Shown here piece after piece: positions 49,433-57,719 of a stretch of 64,000 bases of DNA. Each line of letters opens with the position of its first letter. Position 1 is the first letter of the stretch. The notes under the pieces were generated by a model. That model was not told the DNA's origin and did not search any database. It was given only the letters and a program-made list of their open reading frames with translations. The DNA comes from an uncultured Actinomycetota bacterium (lineage in GTDB: Bacteria; Actinomycetota; Actinomycetes; JADGOV01): contig CAWFCZ010000006.1 in assembly GCA_963814355.1 (NCBI GenBank), forward strand, positions 190,746 to 254,745. Reading direction: 5' to 3'. Both the position numbers and the translations under genes were made by a program.

Positions 49433-50818
49433 GTGGACACGCGCGAACACTTCGCATCGCTCTGGGCGATGCGGGTACCTGCCGTCCTGCTGGCACTGAT
49501 CCCCGCAGTAGCCGTCGCGGCACTGGCTTACCTGTCCCCCGTCAGATACGCGTCGAGCGCTGTCCTTGTGATCCATGGGCAGGATGGGACTGCCGAAGGG
49601 GCTAACTTCGTAGCTAGTTCTTTTGTTGCGCTGACGAGCACCCGGGCCCTCCAAGCTGACGTGGGTCGACTGTCCGGACACGCCGTCGACGGTGCTACAC
49701 TGTCGGCGACGCCAGCAGCGTCATCGACACTTATCACCGTCTCGGCGGTATCGACCATGCAGGCATCCCGCCGCTTGGCCCTCGCGCTTGGTGACGCGCT
49801 CATCGCGAAGGTGCAGCAAGACCGAAGGATCGAACAGGAAGCCGACCTCGCCTTCATGACGGGAGAACTCGACCGGGTCTCCTCTCAGTTATCTGAGGTT
49901 TCCTCGTTGCCGCCCAGCGAGCGCAAGATTCGGGCGTCCGCGCTACAGGCGGTGTACAACTCACTTAGCGCCGGAATCATCACTCGAAACAGTCAGCCTG
50001 CTCCCTCGCTCGTTTGGCTGTCGACGCCGCCGACAGTGACGACAGTCAATGCGTCATCAGCGCCGTGGAAGCCGGCTTTGGTCGCGTTTCTGATCTCCTT
50101 AATCGTCGCCTCAGAAGGGCTCCTTGCGCTGAGGCGACTTCGCGGCCACTTGTCACCCGGTGATCCGGCACGTCACGCCTCATCCCTAACCGATACCCAG
50201 TTGCTAGTGGCAGTGACGCAGCGATTCGGTAAACCGATAAGCCCTAGCGACCTGGTCGAGGTGGCGGTTGCTCTGCGACTCAAAGATCCCCGGCAGCGGC
50301 GCCCGGTAGTCATATTGGGCACCGGTAACGCCGCGACGGCCGCGGCAACCGCCGTGGCGCTAGCCGAATTGCTTGGCAGTCTAGGCATGCGTGCTGCTTC
50401 CGTCGGGAGCAAGTCAGGAGAGCCTCCCCACAATGGCGCTATTAGTGACGCCCGCGCTGAAGCACATTATGATGGCCGAGCTATCGCGGGCGGGGGAGAC
50501 GCGGGAGAAGTCCCGGTGACCGAGTCGGCCCCACGGCAAACCGTCGTGTGCGGGCCCTTGCTTGATGATCTTTTCGCTGTGGCCGCGCTTCACACCCCAG
50601 CAGGCGCCGTCGTGGTCGTTGTCGTCGATGGTCCGACCACCAACGTTCACACACTGGTTCGCGGTATCAAGACAATACGATTGCAAAAGCTTGAACTGCT
50701 AGGCATCGTCTCAGTTAATTCCACTGGAATTGGATCACGGCGAGAGGAACCAGCCGAGGGACCGGCGCCGATCCACGGCGACATGGTGACCTACCTGTCG
50801 GGACACGGCGCGAGATGA
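49433..50818 (+). CDS. Wzz-like chain-length determinant fused to a BY-kinase-like domain with a degenerate P-loop
   Basis: N-terminal TM (VPAVLLALIPAVAVAALAYL), a coiled periplasmic-type region and a second TM. The C-terminal VVILGTGNAATAAATAVALAELL sits where BY-kinases have GxGK[ST]. The start is uncertain (GTG 49433 or ATG 49469). Confidence 0.55.
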   Translation: MDTREHFASLWAMRVPAVLLALIPAVAVAALAYLSPVRYASSAVLVIHGQDGTAEGANFVASSFVALTSTRALQADVGRLSGHAVDGATLSATPAASSTLITVSAVSTMQASRRLALALGDALIAKVQQDRRIEQEADLAFMTGELDRVSSQLSEVSSLPPSERKIRASALQAVYNSLSAGIITRNSQPAPSLVWLSTPPTVTTVNASSAPWKPALVAFLISLIVASEGLLALRRLRGHLSPGDPARHASSLTDTQLLVAVTQRFGKPISPSDLVEVAVALRLKDPRQRRPVVILGTGNAATAAATAVALAELLGSLGMRAASVGSKSGEPPHNGAISDARAEAHYDGRAIAGGGDAGEVPVTESAPRQTVVCGPLLDDLFAVAALHTPAGAVVVVVVDGPTTNVHTLVRGIKTIRLQKLELLGIVSVNSTGIGSRREEPAEGPAPIHGDMVTYLSGHGAR

Positions 50819-50941
50819 CGGGGTGGCATGCTCGTCCCCGCCGTATACGCGGTGATCTGGAATCTCTTCCCCGTCCCGATTTCGGTACTATCGCCCCCCT
50901 CCTTGCATGCGGGCGGAAAATCCTCTGCGAGGGTCGCTAGC

Positions 50942-52102
50942 GTGCGCATCACTATTGTACATGAGCGATTTACCGAGCCCGGCGGGTCAGAGGCGGTTGT
51001 TGACGAGATGTTGGGCATCTGGCCGGATGCCCAGGTGCGAGCGCCCATCGTCGACCGTCGAGCCCTACCTTCGCGCCTAGCATCGAGCCAACTGCGTAGC
51101 ACCTGGCTTCAGCATCTTTACCTGGGCGGCCCGCGGTACGCTCATCTACTGCCCTTACTACCGGTGGCTATGTCGAGCATCGATACGTCAGGCAGCGACG
51201 TTGTCATCGGCAGCCACCATGCTTTCGCAAATCGCGTGCGTGTGGCAGACGGCACGCCATTCGTTCTCTACACGCACACGCCGGCCCGCTGGATGTACGA
51301 GGCCACGATGAGAGAGGATGAGCCGGGCGGGCTGGTCGGGCGAAGTCTGCTGGCTACTTTTGCCGCGTTCGAGCGACCACGGGACAGAGCGGCGGCACAA
51401 CGGGTCACAACCATACTGGCGAACTCCAGCGCCGTCGCGGCGCGCATTGAGAAATACTGGCGGAGGCGCGCCCAAGTACTACATCCGCCAGTGGATGTGG
51501 ACTATTACCAACCGCCGACACAGTTGAGCTCGCCGAGTCAATACTTCTTGATGGCTGGACGACTCGTGCCATACAAGCGGCCGGACGTTGCCGTCATGGC
51601 AGCTCGCAAGGTCGGCGCGCCGCTTACAGTGATCGGCGAAGGCCGTAGCCGCTCGCAATTGGAGAAGTTGGCGGGTCCCGCAACACACTTTCTCGGTCGC
51701 GTGAGTCGCGCCGAACTTCGCACACTGATGCAGGGCGCTCAAGCGTTGCTGTTTCCCGGGATCGAAGATTTCGGTATCGTCCCCGTTGAAGCTATGGCCT
51801 GCGGCACTCCGGTAATTGCTCAGTCGGGTGGCGGAGTCCTGGACTCGGTCATACCGGGTCGGACCGGCGTACTGTACGTGCCGAATGACGACCCCGTGAC
51901 AGCGTTGGGTGGGGAATTGCGACGTTTCGACCGAGGCGTCTTTGACAGCAGCATCATCAGGGGACAAGCACAGCGATTCTCCGCGACCAATTTTCGTGAC
52001 AACCTCCGACGTCACGTCGAGAAAGTAGTGGCCCAACGCGTTGAGGTCCGACATCCGCGGTGTCGCAAGCGCTCGAGAAGGTCAAGAACTGACGCGACGT
52101 AG
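50942..52102 (+). CDS. GT4-family glycosyltransferase
   Basis: VRITIVHERFTEPGGSE... and a C-terminal GIEDFGIVPVEAMACGTPVIA motif. The ORF is open from 50828. Confidence 0.75.
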   Translation: MRITIVHERFTEPGGSEAVVDEMLGIWPDAQVRAPIVDRRALPSRLASSQLRSTWLQHLYLGGPRYAHLLPLLPVAMSSIDTSGSDVVIGSHHAFANRVRVADGTPFVLYTHTPARWMYEATMREDEPGGLVGRSLLATFAAFERPRDRAAAQRVTTILANSSAVAARIEKYWRRRAQVLHPPVDVDYYQPPTQLSSPSQYFLMAGRLVPYKRPDVAVMAARKVGAPLTVIGEGRSRSQLEKLAGPATHFLGRVSRAELRTLMQGAQALLFPGIEDFGIVPVEAMACGTPVIAQSGGGVLDSVIPGRTGVLYVPNDDPVTALGGELRRFDRGVFDSSIIRGQAQRFSATNFRDNLRRHVEKVVAQRVEVRHPRCRKRSRRSRTDAT

Positions 52103-53071
52103 CCAAATCTCACGCCAGTATGGGTAGATCGCTCGGGGGCAATACCGATGGTATACCGCTTTGCACGTCACGCCGCTCAAAATGATGCAGTCCCGGGGCA
52201 GCGAAAGCATGCGCCCAGTGCGCTCGTCAATGATCTTTTCGACCCGACGTAATACACGGAACCGCCTGCCGCAGTACGGAAGCATCTCACTGTCAAAGAG
52301 AAGACCTCGATTACGAGCACCCTTGTTTAGCGTGGCAAGGATTTCCTCGTGGGACTTAACTTCGACCAGTTCCCCCGGCCGCAGATCCAACGTCTCAATA
52401 GGCGTGCTGGTTGACTCTCCCGTGATGTGTGGGAACCATTGACCAGCATTTATACGCAAGCGTCGAGGGAGCACCCTCTTGGATAGACTCTGGTACTTGT
52501 TCACCAAAAAGAGTGCAAGAATGCGAAACAGCCCCAGCAAGCCAACGTTACCTGCTCGCAAGTCCTGCACATACTGGCCCGCCATCCGCCACGGAAGGGG
52601 GGCGGAAGCATTAATCAGCTCCGTCGCCTGGCAGAAATAGCGATCCCCTTGAGAGGTGGTGGCCTCGAGGGCTGACAGGCGGGCGCGTGACGGCTTACGC
52701 GCGTCTGGTTCTGCACTCGGTGCCTCCAGCCACTCCTCCTTCCAGAACAGCAGACATCCGGCTTGGCATCCACCATGCGCAGACCCGTCGCAACGCAAGT
52801 CCTCCAAGTGGACGGTGCCGGTCAGTCGGCGCATTCCCCACGTATCGCTAATCGTGTCGCACGTCTTGTCAGCGCGCGCTCGAACCTCTACCGTCTCGCC
52901 GCACCAGCGCAGTGCCTCTGGCATGAAAGGCAGCCCCTCCAGCCGGCCATTCTCGTCCAGCGAGCTGAGGATCTCAGTAGCGCTCTTGATGCGAACACGA
53001 TCCCCCCGCTGAAGGGAGCCGTGGGGCTTGCTCCGGCTGATCTTAGTCATCGCTTTGGTCCTCCTAACCAA
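52082..53071 (-). CDS. Hypothetical protein with two related small modules
   Basis: 329 aa. GDRVRIKSATEILSSLDENGRLEGLPFMPEALRWCGETVEV and PGELVEVKSHEEILATLNKGARNRGLLFDSEMLPYCGRRFRV are internal repeats. I recognise no family. Confidence 0.55.
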   Translation of the reverse strand: MVRRTKAMTKISRSKPHGSLQRGDRVRIKSATEILSSLDENGRLEGLPFMPEALRWCGETVEVRARADKTCDTISDTWGMRRLTGTVHLEDLRCDGSAHGGCQAGCLLFWKEEWLEAPSAEPDARKPSRARLSALEATTSQGDRYFCQATELINASAPLPWRMAGQYVQDLRAGNVGLLGLFRILALFLVNKYQSLSKRVLPRRLRINAGQWFPHITGESTSTPIETLDLRPGELVEVKSHEEILATLNKGARNRGLLFDSEMLPYCGRRFRVLRRVEKIIDERTGRMLSLPRDCIILSGVTCKAVYHRYCPRAIYPYWREIWLRRVSS

Positions 53072-53162
53072 TGCCGTGCCGAACCGCCCACTTATCCGTG
53101 CGGGGGTCTGTCTCTAGCTCCTCTGTCAAGCTGCAACTGAATCGCCCCGGCGTGGCGGACGC

Positions 53163-53365
53163 TCACGATGTCGGGAGCAGCTCTCCGGCTGGGGCTGCTC
53201 TATGACGGTAGTGTGCCTCCTCGACTTCTGCTGGAGTGAAGTCCGCGCAGCGGTGTGCAGCCGGCGGTGGTTGTGTCAGTCGACCCACTCGAGGGTGGCG
53301 ATCTCGACGTCGTCGAGGTTGCGCCACGGCCCTTGCCGCCGGATGACTTCGGTCTGAACAGCCCG
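53163..53365 (-). pseudogene. IS3-family OrfB C-terminal remnant (in-frame stop and frameshift)
   Basis: TEVIRRQGPWRNLDDVEIATLEWVD*HNHRRLH, then in another frame DFTPAEVEEAHYRH. Confidence 0.5.
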
Positions 53366-53437
53366 ATCTCCGACTCTGCTGCCGCTCGCCGAAATTCCCC
53401 AGAGTTGCTAGATCATCTTCCCCAGGTCTGGCGGTGT

Positions 53438-53618
53438 TCAGCGTAGCCGTTTAGGGGGGGTCTTGGGGTGCATAGCCGCTCCGTCCGTGGTGTCGGGGGT
53501 GAGGTCCCGGAAGGCGACTGGCTCATCGCAGTGGGGGCAGTTGCCGCCGGTGCCGAGTCGCTGGCAGGGTCGGTTGCAGTCGGGACACCACAGCGGTAGA
53601 CGGTGGTCGCGCGTCGCG
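53438..53618 (-). pseudogene. Zinc-ribbon ORF, 5'-truncated by IS3 copy 2
   Basis: ...LWCPDCNRPCQRLGTGGNCPHCDEPVAFRDL is the second half of the motif seen at 10324-10653 and 38748-38947. Confidence 0.45.
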
Positions 53619-53672
53619 GATGAACCGTCCTGGATCTGGTGGAGGCTCTGATTCAGCAAGGAAACTGCTGGG

Positions 53673-54005
53673 ATGCCTGCATCAAGGAAGTACGACGGGG
53701 AGACCCGCGCCCGAGCGGTGCGGATGTATCGGGACCGGCTCCGCGACCCTGGTGAGTCGATGGTGGCCGCCCGCCGTCAGGTCGGGGCGGTACTGGACAT
53801 CAACCAGGCCACGCTGCGGAACTGGATCGAGCGGGAGGAGCGGGAGGAGGTCGACAGTGGTGCTCGTGCGGGGGTGACGAGTGAGGAGTCAGCGGAGTTG
53901 AAAGCGCTGCGTCGTGAGGTCTCGGAGTTGCGCCGGGCGAATGAGATCCTCAAGACAGCGTCGGCGTTTTTCGCTCAGGCGGAGCTCGACCGCCGACTCA
54001 AGTGA
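53673..54005 (+). CDS. IS3 OrfA
   Basis: 110 aa. Near-identical to 12689-13012, with a 3-aa EER insertion. Confidence 0.8.
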   Translation: MPASRKYDGETRARAVRMYRDRLRDPGESMVAARRQVGAVLDINQATLRNWIEREEREEVDSGARAGVTSEESAELKALRREVSELRRANEILKTASAFFAQAELDRRLK

Positions 54006-54258
54006 TCGTCGCCTACATCGACGGTTACCGTGCCCGCTTCGGGGTCGAGCCGATCTGCCGGGTGCTGACCGAACACGGCATGCAGATCGCCCCCAGTACC
54101 TACTACGCCGCGGTGAAGACCCGGGTGTCGGCGGCGGAACTCGCCGACGCCTACCTCGTCGACGCTGTGGTGGACCTGTACCGGGTGAACCGCAGTGTTT
54201 ACGGGGTGCGCAAGCTGTGGCGGGAGATGCGCCGCGCCGGGCATGACGTCGGCCGCGG
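54002..54258 (+). pseudogene. IS3 OrfB, N-terminal 85 codons
   Basis: IVAYIDGYRARFGVEPICRVL...RKLWREMRRAGHDVGR, then the IS256 end. Confidence 0.8.
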
Positions 54259-54458
54259 GAGCTTGTCAACTTTCCTGTGTAAGCGGGCACCGGTTGATCT
54301 TGGTTCTGGTCGAGTAGCTCTGCCACGAGGATCGCCTCGTCGCAGGCTGGGCACGGCCCTCCTGGGCCGAGTTTGCGGGTGAACTGGTTGCAGTCTTCGC
54401 ACCGGCGCTCGAGCATCCGCTCGCCGCACCCGGCGCATTCGTAGACGGCGCCGGGCAT
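54259..54458 (-). CDS. Small zinc-ribbon ORF of IS256 copy 2 (open at the IS terminus)
   Basis: Same as 38748-38947: MPGAVYECAGCGERMLERRCEDCNQFTRKLGPGGPCPACDEAILVAELL. Confidence 0.5.
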
Positions 54459-54985
54459 CACAGGGCGCCTTCGGGGAGCCGTCCGGGGTAGGCGAGGGAC
54501 AGCGCGCCGAGGGCGGTCTTCCACCCTTGGGTGGCGGCGCCTTCGACGAGCCGGCCGGGGGCGGCCCGCTGACCCTTCGGGACGCCCTTCTCTGCTTCGG
54601 CCGCCCGCGCGCGGGCGCGTTTGTCCTCGATATCGCGGATCGCCAGCCACAACAGCTTGATCACCGCGTCGTCGTTCGGGAAATGCCCCCGATTCTTGAT
54701 GATCTTCCGGAGTTGGAAGTTCAACGACTCGATGCTGTTCGTGGTGTAGATGATCTTCCTGACGGCGGGCGGGAACGCGAGGAACGGGATGAACCGCTCC
54801 CACGCCCGCTCCCAGGTCGCCACGGTCGCCGGATAGCGCCGGCCGAGTTCGGACTCGCCGAACGCGAGGAGCGCGGTCTCCGCCGCCTCCACCGTCGGCG
54901 CGGTGTAGACGGCGCGGAGCGCGGCGGCGACCCGCTTGCGGTCGGTGTAGGACACGAACCTCATCGAGGCGCGGATCAGGTGCAC
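54458..54985 (-). pseudogene. IS256-family transposase, C-terminal 175 codons
   Basis: (V)HLIRASMRFVSYTDRK...[33 protein letters not shown]... Confidence 0.85.
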
Positions 54986-55012
54986 CTTATGCCGACGTCG
55001 GCATAAGGTGCA
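54981..55012. repeat. Second copy of the RIT-2 32-bp palindrome
   Basis: TGCACCTTATGCCGACGTCGGCATAAGGTGCA, followed immediately by the IS1595 insertion. Confidence 0.85.
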
Positions 55013-55013
55013 C

Positions 55014-56141
55014 CAGGGCTATCCATCTGAGCCGACTAGTCTGGCGCGGTGCAGATCGATCATCCACGCGGTGGGGTGCACTACCCGCGATCGCTGGGCG
55101 AGTTCCAGTCGTGGTTCGCCACGGACGCGGACTGCCTGGACTACCTGGAGTGGCTGCGCTGGCCGGACGGGTTCGTCTGCGCGCGCTGTGGGAACGTCGG
55201 TGGTTGGCGTGTCGCGGACGGCGGCTTCAAGTGCACCGGATGCAAGGCCCAGACCGCGGTAACGGCGGGCACGCTGTTCGATCGTCGCCGGACGCCGCTG
55301 ACGGTGTGGTTTCAGGTGTGCTGGGAGTTCGCCACGGCCAAGGACGGCGTCTCGGCGCTGGCGCTGAAGCGAACACTGCAGATCGGCTCGTACCAGACGG
55401 CGTGGGCGATGCTGCACCGATTGCGCTCGGTGCTGATCCGTCCCGGTCGGGAGCTGCTGTCGGGGCAGGTGGAGGTAGACGAGACCTACATCGGCGGCGA
55501 GGAGGCCGGACTGGCCGGCGGGCGGGCCAAGGGCAAGAAGGCACTGGTCGCCGTTGCGGTAGAAGTGACGTCGCCCAAGGGGTTCGGGCGCTGCCGGATG
55601 CGCATCATCCCCGACGGCTCCGCCAGCACCCTGCACCCGTTCATCACCGACAACCTCGCTCCCAGGTCCACAGTGATCACCGACGGATGGAGCGGCTACC
55701 TGGGCATCAACAAGGCCGGCTACACCCACGACCGGCGCAGCCAGCGTGCCGCGAAGGCCCTGGGCGAGGACATCGACAAGCTGTTGCCCGGTGTGCACAG
55801 GGTCGCGTCGCTGGCCAAGCGCTGGCTGCTGTCCACCCACCAAGGCGCCGTGGATACCGAGCACCTGACTGGTTACCTGGACGAGTTCTGCTTCCGGTTC
55901 AACCGTCGCCGCTCGCGCAGTCGCGGCCTGGTGTTCCTGCGGGTGCTGCAACTGGCCGTTGGCCACGACCCGGTGCGCTACCGGGAGATCATCGCGAACC
56001 CCACGCCGAAGAAGGTCCGGCCGACGCCGCCCGCCCGCCGGGGACACCCGCCCAGCCTGGATCGCCCTCGCGCCGGGCGGCCTTGGCGTCACGCTCCCTC
56101 CGCAACGGAGGTGGACTAGTCGGCTCAGATGGATAGCCCTG
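55014..56141 (+). mobile_element. IS1595-family element
   Basis: Inverted repeats CAGGGCTATCCATCTGAGCCGACTAGTC / GACTAGTCGGCTCAGATGGATAGCCCTG. 8-bp flanks AGGTGCAC (55006-55013) and AGGTGCAT (56142-56149). Confidence 0.85.
55049..56119 (+). CDS. IS1595-family (ISXO2-like) transposase
   Basis: N-terminal Zn-ribbon (CARCGN...FKCTGC), EVDETYIGG, ITDGWSGY, LDEFCFRFNRR. Confidence 0.85.
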   Translation: MQIDHPRGGVHYPRSLGEFQSWFATDADCLDYLEWLRWPDGFVCARCGNVGGWRVADGGFKCTGCKAQTAVTAGTLFDRRRTPLTVWFQVCWEFATAKDGVSALALKRTLQIGSYQTAWAMLHRLRSVLIRPGRELLSGQVEVDETYIGGEEAGLAGGRAKGKKALVAVAVEVTSPKGFGRCRMRIIPDGSASTLHPFITDNLAPRSTVITDGWSGYLGINKAGYTHDRRSQRAAKALGEDIDKLLPGVHRVASLAKRWLLSTHQGAVDTEHLTGYLDEFCFRFNRRRSRSRGLVFLRVLQLAVGHDPVRYREIIANPTPKKVRPTPPARRGHPPSLDRPRAGRPWRHAPSATEVD

Positions 56142-56148
56142 AGGTGCA

Positions 56149-56232
56149 TTATGCCGATCTTCGGATTATGCCGCTGTGGTCGCGGGATCCGTTGCGGGGC
56201 AGGGGGTTCGGCTTGGCGAGGTCGGCATAATC
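56149..56232. repeat. RIT-2 terminal inverted repeat (ritA side), copy 2
   Basis: Identical to 22092-22175. Confidence 0.85.
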
Positions 56233-56280
56233 CGGTGAGTTGATCGACGCTTGCCTCTTCCGTCTGGAGAGGAGAGCGTC

Positions 56281-57501
56281 ATGGTCAAGGTGTTGTCGTC
56301 GTTCGTGCGCGGGCCGTTGGAGCGACACGTCACGGGATTGGCCGAGGAACTGCTGCGGCAGGGCTATTCGGGGACCTCGGCCGCGCAGCATGTGTGTTTC
56401 ATCGCCCATCTGGATCGCTGGATGAGCGCCGAGGACGTCGAGATCGGCGGCTTGAGCGGTCCGGTCATCGAGCGCTATCTCGCGCGGCGGCGCTCGGCGG
56501 GCTATGTGCAGTACCGGTCGGTGAGAGCGCTCCGGCCGCTGTTGGACTTCCTCGCGCCGCTTGGCGTATTGCCGGTCGCGTCGCTGGTTCCGCCGGGCCC
56601 GGTAGAGGGACTGCTTGTCCGCTACCGCGATTACCTGGTCGGTGAGCGCGGCCTGACGCAGGGGACTGCGCGCGGCTACGTGGACTTGGTCCGCCCGTTC
56701 GTCGCCACCCGCGCCCACGGCGACGTGCTCGACCTGACCGGGATCACGGCGGCAGACGTCAACGGCTTCGTGCTGTCGGCCTGCCCGGGTCGGGCTGTCG
56801 GGTCGGCGAAGCTGATCGTCTGCGCGCTGCGGTCGCTGCTGCGCTGGCTGCACTTGACCGGGCAGATGTCGGTATCGCTGGCGAGCGCGGTGCCGTCGGT
56901 GGCGGGCTGGCGATTGTCGAGCCTGCCGACGGGCTTGGAACGGGGAGAGCTGCGCGGGCTGCTCGGCTCGTGTGATCGGCGCACCCGCACTGGGCGTCGG
57001 GACTACGCGATGATGCTGCTGCTGTCCCGGCTCGGGCTGCGCGCCGGGGAGGTCGCCCGCCTCGGGCTGGACGACATCGACTGGCGACGCGGCGAGATCG
57101 CAATCCGCGGCAAGGGCAACCGCGCCGAACGGCTGCCGCTGCCGGCCGACGTCGGGGCGGCGATCACGGCCTACCTGCGCGCGGGCCGGCCGACCACCGC
57201 CGAGGGCCGCAGCGTGTTCGTGCGGGTGCACGCCCCGCACCGGGCGCTGACCACGGGCGGGGTCACCGAAGTCGTCTTCGACGCCGCACAGCGCGCGGGG
57301 CTGCCCAAGATGTACGCCCATCGGCTCCGGCACACCGCCGCGACCGCGATGCTTGCCGCCGGCAGCCCATTGCCCGAGGTCTGGCAGGTGCTTCGGCACC
57401 GGTCGATGCTGAGCACGGCGATCTACGCGAAGGTCGACCGCACCGCGTTGGCCGTGCTGGCCAGACCCTGGCCACTCGACCCGCGCGGCGGTGTGTCATG
57501 A
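56281..57501 (+). CDS. ritA: Tyrosine recombinase RitA of RIT-2 (intact)
   Basis: ATG 56281 follows GGAGAGGAGAG. SRLGLRAGEVARL, AHRLRHTAATAM, VLRHRSMLSTAIY. Confidence 0.8.
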   Translation: MVKVLSSFVRGPLERHVTGLAEELLRQGYSGTSAAQHVCFIAHLDRWMSAEDVEIGGLSGPVIERYLARRRSAGYVQYRSVRALRPLLDFLAPLGVLPVASLVPPGPVEGLLVRYRDYLVGERGLTQGTARGYVDLVRPFVATRAHGDVLDLTGITAADVNGFVLSACPGRAVGSAKLIVCALRSLLRWLHLTGQMSVSLASAVPSVAGWRLSSLPTGLERGELRGLLGSCDRRTRTGRRDYAMMLLLSRLGLRAGEVARLGLDDIDWRRGEIAIRGKGNRAERLPLPADVGAAITAYLRAGRPTTAEGRSVFVRVHAPHRALTTGGVTEVVFDAAQRAGLPKMYAHRLRHTAATAMLAAGSPLPEVWQVLRHRSMLSTAIYAKVDRTALAVLARPWPLDPRGGVS

Positions 57502-57560
57502 CCGCCCCGCTGCGCGAGCGGCTGGCCGACTACCTCGCGCTGCGACGGGCGCTTGGTTAC
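57498..57560 (+). pseudogene. ritB: RitB of RIT-2, first ~21 codons only
   Basis: The ATG overlaps the ritA stop (ATGA). MTAPLRERLADYLALRRALGYRL resembles the RitB N-terminus of RIT-1. The break point is approximate. Confidence 0.5.
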
Positions 57561-57719
57561 CGGCTAACTAACGGGGCTTCGCCCCAGCCCGACGAGCGGT
57601 GTGCGCGCGGGTGCGGGGCGTAGGCTCCGGTCGCGGGTCTCACGGGAAGCGTGCTTCCCGTGATTGACCGCTCGAGGCGGTGGGGTGGCCCGTGGGCCGA
57701 CTCACGACCGGAGCTTGCT

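Larger units (their letters stand above)
53619..54258 (+). mobile_element. IS3-family element, copy 2, 3'-truncated at the IS256 copy 2 terminus
   Basis: Begins TGAACCGTCCTGGATCTGGTGGAGGCT. It holds orfA and the first 85 codons of orfB. Confidence 0.8.
54259..54986 (-). mobile_element. IS256-family element, copy 2: only the part 3' of the RIT-2 insertion site, without W
   Basis: Terminus GAGCTTGTCAACTTTCCTGTGTAAGC (54259-). The transposase reads ...[17 protein letters not shown] uninterrupted. Confidence 0.8.

Noticed and set aside
55019-56149. Long ORFs antisense to, or overlapping, recognised genes. Examples: 55019-56149(-), 56149-57399(-), 22092-23249(-), 62053-63639(-), 59884-60774(-), 652-1527(+), 23496-24347(+), 24527-25597(+), 15382-16260(-), 9383-10093(-), 13393-14151(-).
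   Set aside because: Their composition is Arg/Pro/Gly/Ala-rich and low in complexity. They carry no recognisable motifs and always mirror a motif-bearing gene on the other strand. These are typical shadow ORFs of ~70% GC DNA.
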